Source: Trichoplax sp. H2
Lineage: Eukaryota
NCBI GenBank assembly: GCA_003344405.1
Contig: NOWV01000002.1
Location: 186,001 to 250,000 of the forward strand
DNA: 64,000 nucleotides
Reading direction: 5' to 3'
Shown piece after piece: positions 29,575 to 45,428 of this stretch (the stretch's first letter is position 1; each line of letters begins with the position of its first letter). A program made the translations under genes and the position numbers. The notes below the pieces were generated by a model that made no database searches, had not been told where the DNA came from, and saw only the letters and a program-made list of their open reading frames with translations.

Positions 29575-32169
29575 CATGATCATTCCCACAACACTATATA
29601 CATAATAGCCGATGGGGTTAACCACCTTTTTTTTACGATGTGCTAGTATCACTGGTTACACAGTAAAGTAGGCACAATTACAGTAACACAGTAATTACCA
29701 CTGGCAAGCTAATTTCATGCTTTTTACGACCTATTTTTAGTTCTATTCTTATACTGAACGTCTGCTCCTGCCTATGATATCCTAAAATAAATAATACATT
29801 ATTTCTAATTATAGTAATATTTAACTTACTTCAATTTCGATTACGGAATGTGATAGAGTACAGTGGTATATCACAGTAACTAGTTGTGAAGTGCCATTGT
29901 ATAGTTCGGCTCTGTACCAATTTATGGTGGATCTTTTAAATAGTTTTTTAGAGGGCACGTTCCAGGTTCACTTATTTAAATCTTGAATAGTCTAGTTATT
30001 AGACTACAAGTTGACCCTTTTACGCTGTAACATACTGTTACTGAACGTACACTTGCGAAGTAGAGGTTTCTATTATATTAAAAAAACAATAACATCTTCT
30101 GGGAATTATTTAGTCTTATCAGATATTCTAAAGATATGGCATACAACATTTTCGTGTATTATGATTTCTGTTTGAGAAGTTTTACAGTTAGCGTACAATT
30201 TCTAATTAATCAGTAATACTGCCAACAGTCTTAACTATCTAATTCCCGGTTGCATAGACTCTAAGCTTCGGTAGGATACTTGTTGAAATTAGCTTGTTTT
30301 TATGAATATACTCGTATAGTGTTGCAAACTAACTGCGAGTCTACGACGATTTTTATGTAGGTATTCGTATAGTGTATAATTATATAGTTAAAGACCTCTA
30401 AGTATCAGCCTGTATCCGTATTTAGGAAAGAAAATTCATAATCTGGTTATACAAAATTATAATATAGATATTTACGGTAGTCTTTATTGTTTTTGAAGAA
30501 TTATTTGATTAAGTTACATTATGTCACATATTAATTTCGTCAACTATCAGGATTTGTGGCCAAAAATTGAAATTCTGATTGAAAATTAACATTTAGAATA
30601 TTTTTCTTTACAGAAAATATTTCAAATGTCAGTACATTTTATTTTCTATTACATGTTAAGGTAATATCGGGTCATCTAAAGTAACGTAGTGAATCAAAAT
30701 TAAATTGTTTTATAATATCTTCTCGGTTAAATCTGAGTATATTACAAAATGAGGATTTATAAGGTGTTTTTTTTTTAACTTGCTATTCTTTGTATATCTT
30801 CAATGCACTGATTAGGAATAAAATAAAGAGGCTGAATAGATGGAATGTATTTCATATTGATGAGCAATTACTGTAAATGTACGCATTGTGGATGGTTGCC
30901 ATAAGTCTGTCTAGATTTGATGATAAACTGTAATTAATAATTAGAAAGTCGTTTCACTTGAGAAGGCACGTCTAGCAGTCGGACGGTTTCCTTCAAAATA
31001 CAAAAACCTCGCAAGTCTGGTTTCAAACTTAATTATTATCTTAAATGGCAGTATTAAGGCATTGTATAATCAGAACATGATAGTATACTTAAAATTTAAA
31101 TTGATAAAGGAGCACATGGTAATATCATAAAATTGATACTGGCTATTCGTATAAGTGTGCATTCTGAATTCACCACAAGTAATTATTTCCTTACAAAATT
31201 ACTGTATCATCTCATAAAAGTTTTCACCGAACTATTCGTGTATATGAAATTAAGAATGTATTGGTACGATTTAAAGTGATTATCTATATTAATTTTCTAT
31301 TATCGTATAGTCATAGTAACGCTTTCTATTTTAAACATCCGTCAAAGTCTGACCTTTTTGAAAGTGAAAATAACAGATATCATGGAGAATATTAAAAATT
31401 AAATTCATTTGTACAGCTATTTCATCATTTGCCTGCAACGCATACAGTATTTGCAGTACGGTATTGCATCTAATTCAAAATTAATTACTGCTTTGTTCCT
31501 TCATATCCTTTATTTTAATACCTAATTAATTACATTCTCGCTACGGTATGCAAAAGGTATCCTAAAAATTAAAAATCAGAAGGAAGCGTCCGAGGTACCG
31601 AGGATCAATAATACTTATAGCAGTACTTGTATAAGGCATGAGCGTACTTTACGTTACTATACTGACGATACCTATGACAATGTAACGTGAACTACAAGGC
31701 CACTACTTAATTAATTATACAGAATGTAATATATACTGTCTAGTATAACTTGGTCAGGGCATGAACTACTTGGGAAATATTATTTCTTTAGATTGGATAA
31801 GAAGGAAGTTGCAAACACAGGCCAGGGATAGCTATAAAGCTAAAAAGAAACCGAGAGTGACCAGAAATGATCGTTTAGTACCGTGTAGGCAAAATGTAGA
31901 GGATAACCATTTTGTGACACTGTTGGTCATTTCAATCGCAAATATACTACGTATGCTGTACTACTATCTTCACCCAAGAGCTGCCAGGTTGAATTTGTGC
32001 ACAACCTCTCCCCAAAATGCACGTCATTATTATATTAATGGATTTAATGCCCATTTTGGGGGGGGGGGGTACTGGATGTCCATATCATGTTTCTCCATTT
32101 CTCTTAATTTTAAAATAAATAAAATAAAATGAAATTAATTAAATTAATTAATTATTAATTAATTAACAA

Positions 32170-32440
32170 CTACAGTATATCCAGGGTACATCTGTACTGT
32201 ACTCATGATGTGTGGATGTGTGTGACACAGTCGACGGTAAGGACTTCTGAAGTCCATACTGTACTGCTATTTCTTCATAAAAAGTCCGTTATCGTATGAC
32301 GCGAGATGCAGTACAGTTCTCTGATATTCTACTACTTTACTACAGTACTGTACTGTACAATCTCGTACAGTATATACTACTGTAATCTCGACAGTATACT
32401 GTACTGTAGTAAAAATGGACCAACACTGCGCATGCTCATA
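32170..32440. promoter_or_regulatory. Putative SYS1 promoter: TACTGT/ACAGTA tract and an NRF1-like TGCGCATGC
   Basis: Dense TACTGTAC/TACAGTA words at 32170-32410 and ACTGCGCATGCTCA at ~32425, about 0.7 kb upstream of the ATG. Confidence 0.5.
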
Positions 32441-33111
32441 GCCAAAGTCAGTCGTGGAACTGTATGAGTCATTCTATTTGTTACATCAGTGATTCAACGG
32501 CAAAATCGCTAGCAAAAAATAAATTTAATCTCTTTCCTCAATTTGATCAAAGTAAACGATTAACAGTGATCATTCATTGGTTTCTTTGGATTATTAATAA
32601 TCTGTATACGTTAATCCGTAGTTGGTCGATTCCATTCTAAGCTCAGGCATGGTTTGGTGTTAACGTGATTTCATCTGTTTCATAGAATCCATGGTGCTAA
32701 TGATTTTACAGCAATCTCAAGACGTCCAAGATAATTCGTACATAGTAGGTCAAGGATAAATTAGAGAGAAGATCAGCAGATTGGTGGTGATTGTGTATGT
32801 AGTAGTGTTGACGAAATTGATTGAAGGGAGTTTATCTTGTATCGCTCCTGCATGTAGAATAGCATAATTTATCATAGTTATACCAACAATACCACACTAT
32901 ATCTTTTATAAAATAGACGTGTTGAACTGGAGAGGCTCTTTCAGAGATTAGGTATCGTACTGTAAAAGGGTACATGGACTGATCCTTCTAATATTATTAT
33001 ATGGTGCATACTTGAATCAACTTAACCGCAGCAATAATCATTAAAGCAAAGCGATTATCAAATTGAAATTTTCATCAGTAATTTGTCGATCGAATATTCA
33101 ATATCATTAAA

Positions 33112-34754
33112 ATGGTTGCCAGCAACAGCTTTCGCTCTTACGTTTGGGATCCATGGTTGATCATTGCTCAGATACTTTGTTTGATTTCAACATTTTATAT
33201 TTTCTTGGGGTTATGGATGACGCTAATGAACTTGATACTTGGACATCCGCGTACTCTAGATGAATTTTTCGTATATCAGGTAAAGTACAACCCACATTGT
33301 ATGTACTGTATATACGTATGGTTTAGTACTTCGCAATGTAATGCCTAATTGGTATAGTGGGATATTCTGTACGAATTCTTCCCACCATATGTAACTATAA
33401 TAACTATATTACAATAATAAAAGTCATCGAGGTAGGGACCTTTTTCCTTTTCCCCTATCATTACGGTAATATACAGTAATATTACAAAGTTTAATGGCAT
33501 ATAACGCTGTGTAGAGTGTGTAATGTATCCGTTTTACATTTAATTTCGGACATTCAAAAATAATTTATCAAATATCACTATTGTGGATTACGCCACATTA
33601 TAACTGGTTATGATATATCAGAAAGATTGCATCGATTTTACTTCATTTTTTGGCAGCTAGTACTATATATATATACAATACGATTCTAAAAATCGTATAC
33701 GAGCATAGCGATAAATCACTGCTGTGATGGAGTACTTTCGTACACTGTTAAAGACCATGATATTTCTGATTAACTTCATTAAATAAATGACTTTCCTGTA
33801 AGTACAGGATCTACAGTATCTCTCTCTCCCATAAGTGTATAGGGTCAGTCAATTAATTATCGCTGTTGGGTTTTATCCGTGTTCATGACGATGAGTACAT
33901 ATATACGCGCATACTAAGAAGTTATATTTTTAAGTAACCATATATTTCAAGTCTAAATTTTAATCAATATCATATACAAATGTAAGTTTGGGTTTATTAT
34001 CTGTAGCCTTCTGTCTGTATATTGTTGTTTATAGTAATTGATCATGATATCCTATAGCGAATTCTTTTTCACATGGAATACCTTTGTATTATCAACTTAA
34101 AATGTAGGAAATTGTATTTTCATCTGGTAAAGGACGCATGATTATGATTGCATTTCTTATTAATTCTCTAACTTGGTAAGTGTATGAATCTGCGATTTGT
34201 GTAGCGTATCGAGGGCTTAAGATACCAATATTTTCGATTTTTATTTATAGTTTCTACATCAGGGTAATACGTATACTAAAACCATATTAAAACGTATTAT
34301 CAATAAGATTAGATAAAGCGATACTAGTCATGATGATGTTATTATACTTTTAATCTTAGTGCTGCTGGCTTATGGGTTGTTGTTAGGAGAGCAAAACAGG
34401 TAAAAATGATTTCCATATCATCAATCGTAACGAAATCGGTGTTCTACTAATATGAACAGAAGAGGCACCTATACTATACAATCTATTTTCGATATTAATT
34501 CACGTATTGTGTTCTCCTTGATTCAGTGTTTAGATTTTTCTGCAACGGTGTACTTTATTCACTTTATATTTTGCTGTGCATACGCTGGATTCCCTCAATC
34601 ATTATCGTGGTGGATAGTCAATATGATTTGTTTATCTGTCATGGCAATAACTGGAGAGTATTTGTGCATGAAAACTGAATTAGCTGCTATACCTGTGACT
34701 ATAGTAACATCTAATAATACTAATATCAATGATAAGAGTAATGTTAATGATTAA
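33112..34754 (+). CDS. SYS1: Golgi membrane protein SYS1; 4 coding exons
   Basis: Exons 33112-33279, 34108-34175, 34360-34399 and 34527-34754 give FRSYVWDPWLIIAQI, VVRRAKQ|CLDFSATVYFIH, FPQSLSWW and GEYLCMKTELAAIP. Confidence 0.95.
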
Positions 34755-35244
34755 AAATAATTGAATGTTTAGAGTCGAAAATGGAGATCTACTGCTATAA
34801 CTGCAATCTTTGAAATGATATACAGCTTGTTCAATTAAGTCAATTTGCGATAATTGTAATCGAAAATGACCTTTTTCATAAAATTAATTTATTGTATGAG
34901 TAGTTGAAAATATTATTTAAAGATGATATCATACAAGATGTAGCTTAATTTAAATTCTGAATAATAACAATGCTTATAAATAGTAAAAATTTTAACAAAT
35001 AAAATCAGGAAAGAATTTCGTTATCAAACAATATACACAGTACAAATGCGATATTAAGTTTGCACGGTATAATTTACAAAAACGGAAACATACGAGAAGT
35101 CTTCAAATAGTAGGTAAATTGTCATAAAGGCATTGTCGATATTATGCTGTCAATAACGAATGAATCCACTATCATAAGATACCGGAGAGTCCATGCAATG
35201 ATAAATCTTGTCAAAGCTTATATGAAGGATGCAGTAAAATGAAA

Positions 35245-36846
35245 CTAGTCCGGTTTGGAAAGGATTTTTTCTTTCCATAAGTTGTAGCTTATCTGATTAT
35301 CGTCACTCTCATCATCAGATTTAACCTCACTTTTGTGTAGAGCCCGATTTTCAGTTCGATCTAAACGTGATAATAAAAGCGAAATTTCGTATTAATTGCT
35401 TGGCGAAGAGCACAAATGGCAGATATGAAGGTGATTTATGTCATTATGACCTATTGGAATACCAAGTCGATCTAAACTATTGTTGCCTAGACGCTTGCCC
35501 TTCGTTTCTTTTCCTTCTGCTATTTTCATTAGATATTAAGAAAACGTTTTGAAAGCTAATAAAGGAACGCCATGAACAGAATAATGCTACTGAAAATACG
35601 CTCAATTTGAGCTATTTATAATTCACCTATAATTCTGTAGAGAATATTATTTATTTAACTACAAGAAATTCATGATTAGTACCTTCAATCTGTCGTAGGC
35701 AGGCTGTTAGAGATTCACATAGATTAGAAAACATGCCTTTGCTGATAGATGCTTTGCTATAGAGCTTATCCTTGCTAACCCTTACCTTTAAATGCCTACA
35801 GTCGGAGAATGAATTGGTTGATTTTTAGATAATTATCATAACTTTAGGATGTACTAGCGACTTTGTTGTAATTTACCATGTACGAAGGTACATGTAAGAT
35901 GGCGTATTTATAACAAATGCATCATGCTTGCGGTACACGGCTTACCTGCATGCAACACAGAGAGCTGCAGCCGGAAACTGAGGCTTTGTAATGTCAATGC
36001 AGTTGTTATTACCATTGGCACATTTACTATTTACGTCTACTGCAAACCTGCATAGAGTAATTGGAATGGTGCTTTTTGTCATTACAACTTTTCAAATAGT
36101 CATAAATTATGTACAATATAGGGATCAATTTTGATCCTTTTATAAACAAATTCTATTGAGGTACAATGACTAGGTAATAAATAAATACAATTCAGGTCGA
36201 GGTAGCGAATTCATTGACTATCGATACTGCATAAAGGATATGATTTCTTTTGCTACAGGTGTTAAGAAGTAGACAATTAACGCACTGTACAAACCTATCG
36301 AGTAATTTTTCAGCCAAAAGCTCAGCATTGCCTATGCAATTTGCGAAAACGGCTAGTTCTTTTACCGAGCATGGCTTGGATGCATTGAGTAAAACTTCGT
36401 ATGTTTTATACATGGTATTATACACTTTTCTTGATGTTCCTGCTAATTTTGCAGCAAGTGCCTAGCCATCAATATTGGATAAGAATATACAATATTAATG
36501 CCGGGGAAGAAAGTCATGACTGACGACAAATTGTATTATTATCAATTAACATTAAATCATGTTTATCGAGGTGAAATGATGAATTTTGTTTTCTATTTTG
36601 TATCATTCATTCATCATTACGTTTGCAATAAACAGGTAGACCAACCTTATCGACAGACTCATCAAAGAGTGTCGCTGCCAAGTCAATGCATATCACAATT
36701 CTGGACGAAGAGGTAGCCGGCAGTAACTTACTTGCATTATTATTGCAGCGAATAGTAGCTAATCGATAGAATTCGGCTGCTTTCCCTAAAACTGGCTTAT
36801 TTTCTACTAATAAACGAGCACCATAGTTGGCAATTTGTTTCTCCAT
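35245..36846 (-). CDS. ORC6: Origin recognition complex subunit 6; 6 exons
   Basis: Exons 36846-36646, 36461-36295, 36047-35946, 35795-35682, 35519-35463 and 35360-35245 give VLGKAAEFYRL, VICIDLAA, SVKELAV, IDITKPQFPAAALCVACR and the C-terminal SYNLWKEKILS, matching the ORC6 YxxWKxKIL helix. Confidence 0.88.
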
Positions 36847-40034
<3,188 letters not shown>

Positions 40035-41806
40035 TAGACTGTCAAGTCAAGAAACTCACTTGCAAGTTGAGAAATTTGCAGATTTATTAACTTCAAAGTG
40101 CAAACCGATAGATGTGCGTTTTCTTGATACCTTACTTACTCGACGCTAAAGAATAATCCAGATTTTTGGTATATAATATTACTATAGTCTGCCAATGCTG
40201 CACTTTGTATAAGATTTAAAAGGATGTTGCTGATTATCCATAATACTAATTACCTAATCCCAAATTAATAAAATAAAGTCTACATTATATTCGTATACAC
40301 CAGTTGGATGAATGATTTTATTCTTGAAGGTACATACTTGTATGTATGTGGTGAAGCATCATGGCTAGGGTTAATTATAGGGGAATTTTAATTATAGCAT
40401 GTTTGAGTTTATATGACTGAAAATCTTTTTTCGTACTCAGTATTGTGTCGCTAGATACAGTAGATGCTGTACAGATATTGTAGGATTTTTAACGGTTTAT
40501 TAACCGACGCGAAAGTGTAAGACATTACTATATCTATAGTATGGTACAGGTAAAGAAAAAATGTAGAATTGGTAACAAATAACAGCCATGCCTATCACGG
40601 TAGCTAAATTCTGGCTTGATTTATCTCACGTAGCTTTACCTCTATATTTATAGTACGTTTATATCAGTATATTCTTGATACTTATGGAACCCTTTTTATT
40701 TCCAGACCTCGGCTAGTGAGTAGTAACCCTATATAGGGTTTATAATTCGAATTGGAATCTACTTTCTAGTAAAATTTTAAACTGTTGACTCGCATTATGC
40801 AAAAACTACTGATTGTATATGATAGAGAACTTGGATGTAGTTAAAATAGTGCTAAAAGTAGTGATGAGCCGATATCAGTTATTTCGAATAAGTAGCCAGT
40901 AGTAATAGTTGCAGATTGTAGATTATAATTTACAGTGAATTTGAAGTTGTAAGGCATATACTCTTTGCAAAGTTGATTGAAAATTTTTCAGAGGAGATTC
41001 GGCGTCATAAAATGATAGAAGACTGCATACTTTACACTGTACACTTATTAGTACAGTTCGGTATCTAGTGCATCAACGGTATACAAATTGACGCCTCTTT
41101 TATCATAGTAATACTGCAGTCAAAATCTCTACCGATTAAGGATACACTATCAGTTATAGAAGGTAGTAAACCAGACTCCATCATTACTCCTAGCTCGTCA
41201 CCCTGCTGGTGGTTTGCAATAATACAATTTGAGCGTTTACTACAGTTATTACAGTATACATGTACTGTCAATATCGTTTCTTCGACCGAGTGTATCTGAG
41301 TGTACACTGTACAGTAAGGAATGCCTCGCTAATGAGCAACAAGGCCAAAATAAGGCAAAATCTTCAAGCGCCTTAACGCCTAAATTAAAGCCTTTTCAGC
41401 TGCTAGTGCGATTTCCAAATCTGTTCTATACAGTACAGTACGTACAATACTAAGTACAGTAGTTTTCTAGTTTTGACTGTGCTTTACTACTGTATACTGT
41501 AGAAACCACTGTACTGTACTGTACTGTACAGTGTACAGTACAGTGCTATGGTCATAGACTACTAGAAACAATACCTCAGATGGACGGACTTTTCATATCA
41601 GATAAGGCCGTAAATATCGATAAATAGCTACTCCGTATAGATGTTCCGTGCCTGTTTTCTAAATCACTCGTATCGATTTGAATATTACTAGTACAAACTC
41701 CCGTCGCTTTGCTGACGGTTTACGATAATGTGCTCATTTAACAGATAGTATTACCATTTGATAGACCTGTCAGAGGTTCAGTAACTTTATAGTTTGTACC
41801 GTGTAC

Positions 41807-42396
41807 TATGGCCATTAGCCATACTGTGTACTGTTTTACAATACATTGTATTGTGCTTTACAGTACAGTACTGTACTGTACAGTACTGTACCGTACGTCA
41901 GTGACTGTACTGTACATTACACTGTAAACGCTAGAATCCGTTGAACGTGAGTTTTTCTCCACTGCTACAGTAGATCATCGGATTTGCCTCGCCTGGAGTT
42001 GGAAACATTTTCTAGTTAGCATCAACTGTTTGTTGTGTGAAATCCACCATGCTTTTCCGTTTTGTTGTACGCTCTACTACTCTCGTACTGTATTTTAATA
42101 CAGCAGTGTACAGTACAGTATGCCCATTATGGCCATACTGTGTACCATTTTACAATACATTGTATTGTGCTGTACTGTACTGTACACCGACGCCTTGACG
42201 CACAGTGTACAGTACAGCACTGTACTGTACGCCAGTGACTGTACACTGTAAACGCTAGAATCCGTTGAACGTGAGTTTTCCCCACTGCTAGATCATCGGA
42301 TTTGCCTGGCCTGGCGTTGGAAACATTTTCTAGTTAACATCGACTGTTTGTTGTGTAAAATCCATCATGCTTTCCCGTTTTGTTGTACGCTCTACT
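41807..42396 (+). repeat. Tandem duplication (~270 bp) of the COX4 promoter, 5' UTR and first 10 codons
   Basis: 41807-42078 and 42128-42396 share GCCATACTGTGTAC...ACACTGTAAACGCTAGAATCCGTTGAACGTGAG...GTTGGAAACATTTTCTAGTTA...ATGCTTT(T/C)CCGTTTTGTTGTACGCTCTACT. Confidence 0.95.
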
Positions 42397-44182
42397 GTCA
42401 CACGACATTTAGCTAGAAAATTTCAGTCAAGTAGCCATGTAGCCAATGCTGAAGCCCCTGCAATTAACCAACAACTTAGGGCATTAGAAGAAAAAGCCAA
42501 GGGGCCATGGAAAGAATTAAGTGCGCAGGAAAAGATTGCAAGTAAGTTGAGCCTGCTTGCAAATTGATCAGCGATAGCCCATCGTTGGTGCTATGACAGT
42601 TCTTCTGTGCTTATTTGATCGCTTTTAAAGCTTACTAATTAATAAACAAACTATCCACTCGATTGAATCAGTACTTGTGTGCCTTTTATATTAACTTAAT
42701 TATATTGACTTTTTTGATGGAGCCAATGATGAACGCATACAGTGCATTTCGTACGTCCAACTGCTGTACTGTAGATTGTATTGACTACTGTGACATAGAA
42801 CGTGCAGGGGCTAATCCAGATGGGTAATCGTGACTATGGATCGCAAAAACCATACGCGCCATAGACTCTTTAGATCTAGACGACTTGAATGAGAGACAAC
42901 TGGGTGAAAAATGTCTCCTCAAATTATTTTACACTAATCATAAGTGGTTTGCATAAGAAATAGTACAGTTGAATACTTTTTCACTAGCAAACTTTGGCCG
43001 TTGATCGTTTCAGATTCTCAATGTCAAGGGAATACAATATGGGATAGCGATAGTCCTGTAGGACATACGGTATCAAAGTCTATCCTCAACATACTGCTTC
43101 TTGTGCTCTAGAAAATAGTCATCTACACTTCATCAAATCTTAACATACTATTTGCCCCATTTGTTCATGCTTTAGTGAAATTTTTTTCCTTACTGTGTTT
43201 GCCCTAAATAAGTTGTAGTATGCCATTTTGGTTTTGCTCGTACAGTGACTGACTGGACGCGCAGTACAGTAGTAGCACTACTGTATATACACGTACGCAG
43301 ATCTCCGAACGAAGCTGCGCATAGACGTATTATGCTTCTTTTTTCTATTTTTTATTTTTTTGTAATAATAAATATTCCTTTCTAGTTTACCGTCAGTCAT
43401 TCAAGACAACTGTTGCTGAACATAGAAAACCTGGTCCATCGAAATGGCAACCCGTATTTCTTGGAACTTCGGTGTTAATACTAGTCGCTACCGGTATTTT
43501 CATGTTTATGAAAGCAAAAAGTAAGTCTACATCTCTATACCAACTTGTTTCATAGGTGGATGGATTTTAGAATAGAGAGTACATGCTAGTAGGAAATTGA
43601 TGTTAAACGTAGGTAGTGTTTTTTAACCTTGATGTAGGGTATCATAGTTTATCGATATAGGAAATGTTATATCAATTTTACAGCTTTACCTACGGCACAT
43701 CTTACCTTACATCAATGATACCGTAGAGAATGGTTTTCTTAGCAGTGCTATAATAGCAAATGGAATGCTATGCCGAATAGGATAGTAATAACGTGCTACC
43801 ATTTCTTTTCATGCAGATGATATTACTGTAAAGTAGCCTCTGATAAAAGTATTATTACGTAATAAATACAATTGTGGATTAAATGACATATCATTGTACT
43901 AATGACGCTAATCTGTTAAAAGTATAGCGTTATGAAAGTTACTCATGTACAAGCCTTTTCCTTACAGTTATCGCTAGCAGTTGATATTCAACTTGATCGC
44001 ATACTTAGCCTAAATCCTAACGCAGGAATAATAATTTTAAACATTGTCAATTTTACGTTATGCCTTTTATAGTCAGTCCACCAACTCCACGTACAGTCAA
44101 TAAGGAATGGAAGGAAGCTCAAAGACAAAGATTACTTAGTCAACAAGCTAATCCTATTGAAGGCATGTCTAGTAAGAAATAG
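42367..44182 (+). CDS. COX4: Cytochrome c oxidase subunit 4; 3 exons
   Basis: Exons 42367-42541, 43386-43520 and 44073-44182 give an Arg-rich presequence, ALEEKAKGPWKELSAQEKIA|IYRQSF, one TM helix and PRTVNKEWKEAQRQRLLSQQANPIEGMSSKK*. Confidence 0.93.
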
Positions 44183-45428
44183 AAAGTCACAGAATAGAAT
44201 TTCAGCTGCATCGCGATGTTTGTGGTTTATGAATGTTATTATGAAACGTAAATATCCATCTATATTTTCCAACCACTGACACATTTTAAGTTGTTTCCAT
44301 CTACAGTACATATACATTGTTTACGGATCTATACCTTGCAATGTGACAGTCTTGCACTGGCATTCCTCAAATAATGAGACAATAATATAAAAGATTGTGG
44401 AAAAATTACCGTTACTGTAGCACGTTATTGTATTTTGTGGTTAAAACCTACCTTTAGCGATGTGTTCAGTGAACTAGAAGGCTTGGCATGTAACAATTTA
44501 TGCTTTCAGATTTTTAAGTATTATGATCATAATGGATATTACGGAAATTGCTTTCATTTTACTTCCTGCTATGTTGTAGTAACTTGATCGTTTTAGAATT
44601 GGAGAATAAATATCTTTAAAAATCGTACTGTGGTTGTATCTATCAGATTCGCCCGTTTGATTGATTTATCTTATGCGTTCAGCGCAATTTTATGATCGAT
44701 ACAGTTTCTGATATCATGCATTCAAACCAACATACCATACCAATATTAGAATTCATTGACTTGAAAAAATTTACTACTGAAAAATAACTAGTTTGCTTCA
44801 TTTCAATTTCGGCGTTGCAAGTTACAACCGACCTATTTGGACTTTATTCTATTCATCATATCGAACTAGAAGTGCATTACATTTGTGATAAAAAGTATTT
44901 ATTCTGCCAGTGTGTACAAAGCGTAGGCATGAGATAGTAAAAATTTTATCCTCACTTTAAAATTTACAATAACTGTTGGAATCAATTGACAGTTACTTAT
45001 GTAAAAAAATAGAATGATGCAAAATTTAAGCTCGCTGGGGATCTTAACAAATTAATATTACACAATGTATAGAACAACTTTATCGCCAAAATATAAAAAT
45101 GGCAAAATCGAGGATTTGCAATCCCAACTGATGCCGTATTAGTATAAACTTTTTAAGGTACAGTACTAGATATCGTTAAATCATTTTTAATGTAGTATGT
45201 TCTACAATTTCAATCATAAATATAAGCATCGCCAATTAAATTGTGATAAAGATCATACTGTAAACAGAGCAACCAATTTTTTCTAATACGTCATACGCAG
45301 ATTCTCTAAAAAAATACTTTTACGCTTGATAGTAAAAACTTGGAAGAACATTAATACACCAAATACTGCATGAGTATACGGTATAGTCGAGATCTGCATA
45401 AATCGGTGGTTAGTGCAAATCAATAACG

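Noticed and set aside
31761..32132. 123-aa ORF upstream of SYS1
   Set aside because: No recognisable domain, and it runs through the G12 run and low-complexity sequence.
33115..33126. X-box-like GTTGCCAGCAAC at the SYS1 start
   Set aside because: Explained by the codons Val-Ala-Ser-Asn, with no independent support.
42720..42830. C-box ATGATGA in COX4 intron 1 as a possible snoRNA
   Set aside because: No D box (CTGA) at a suitable distance and no terminal stem.
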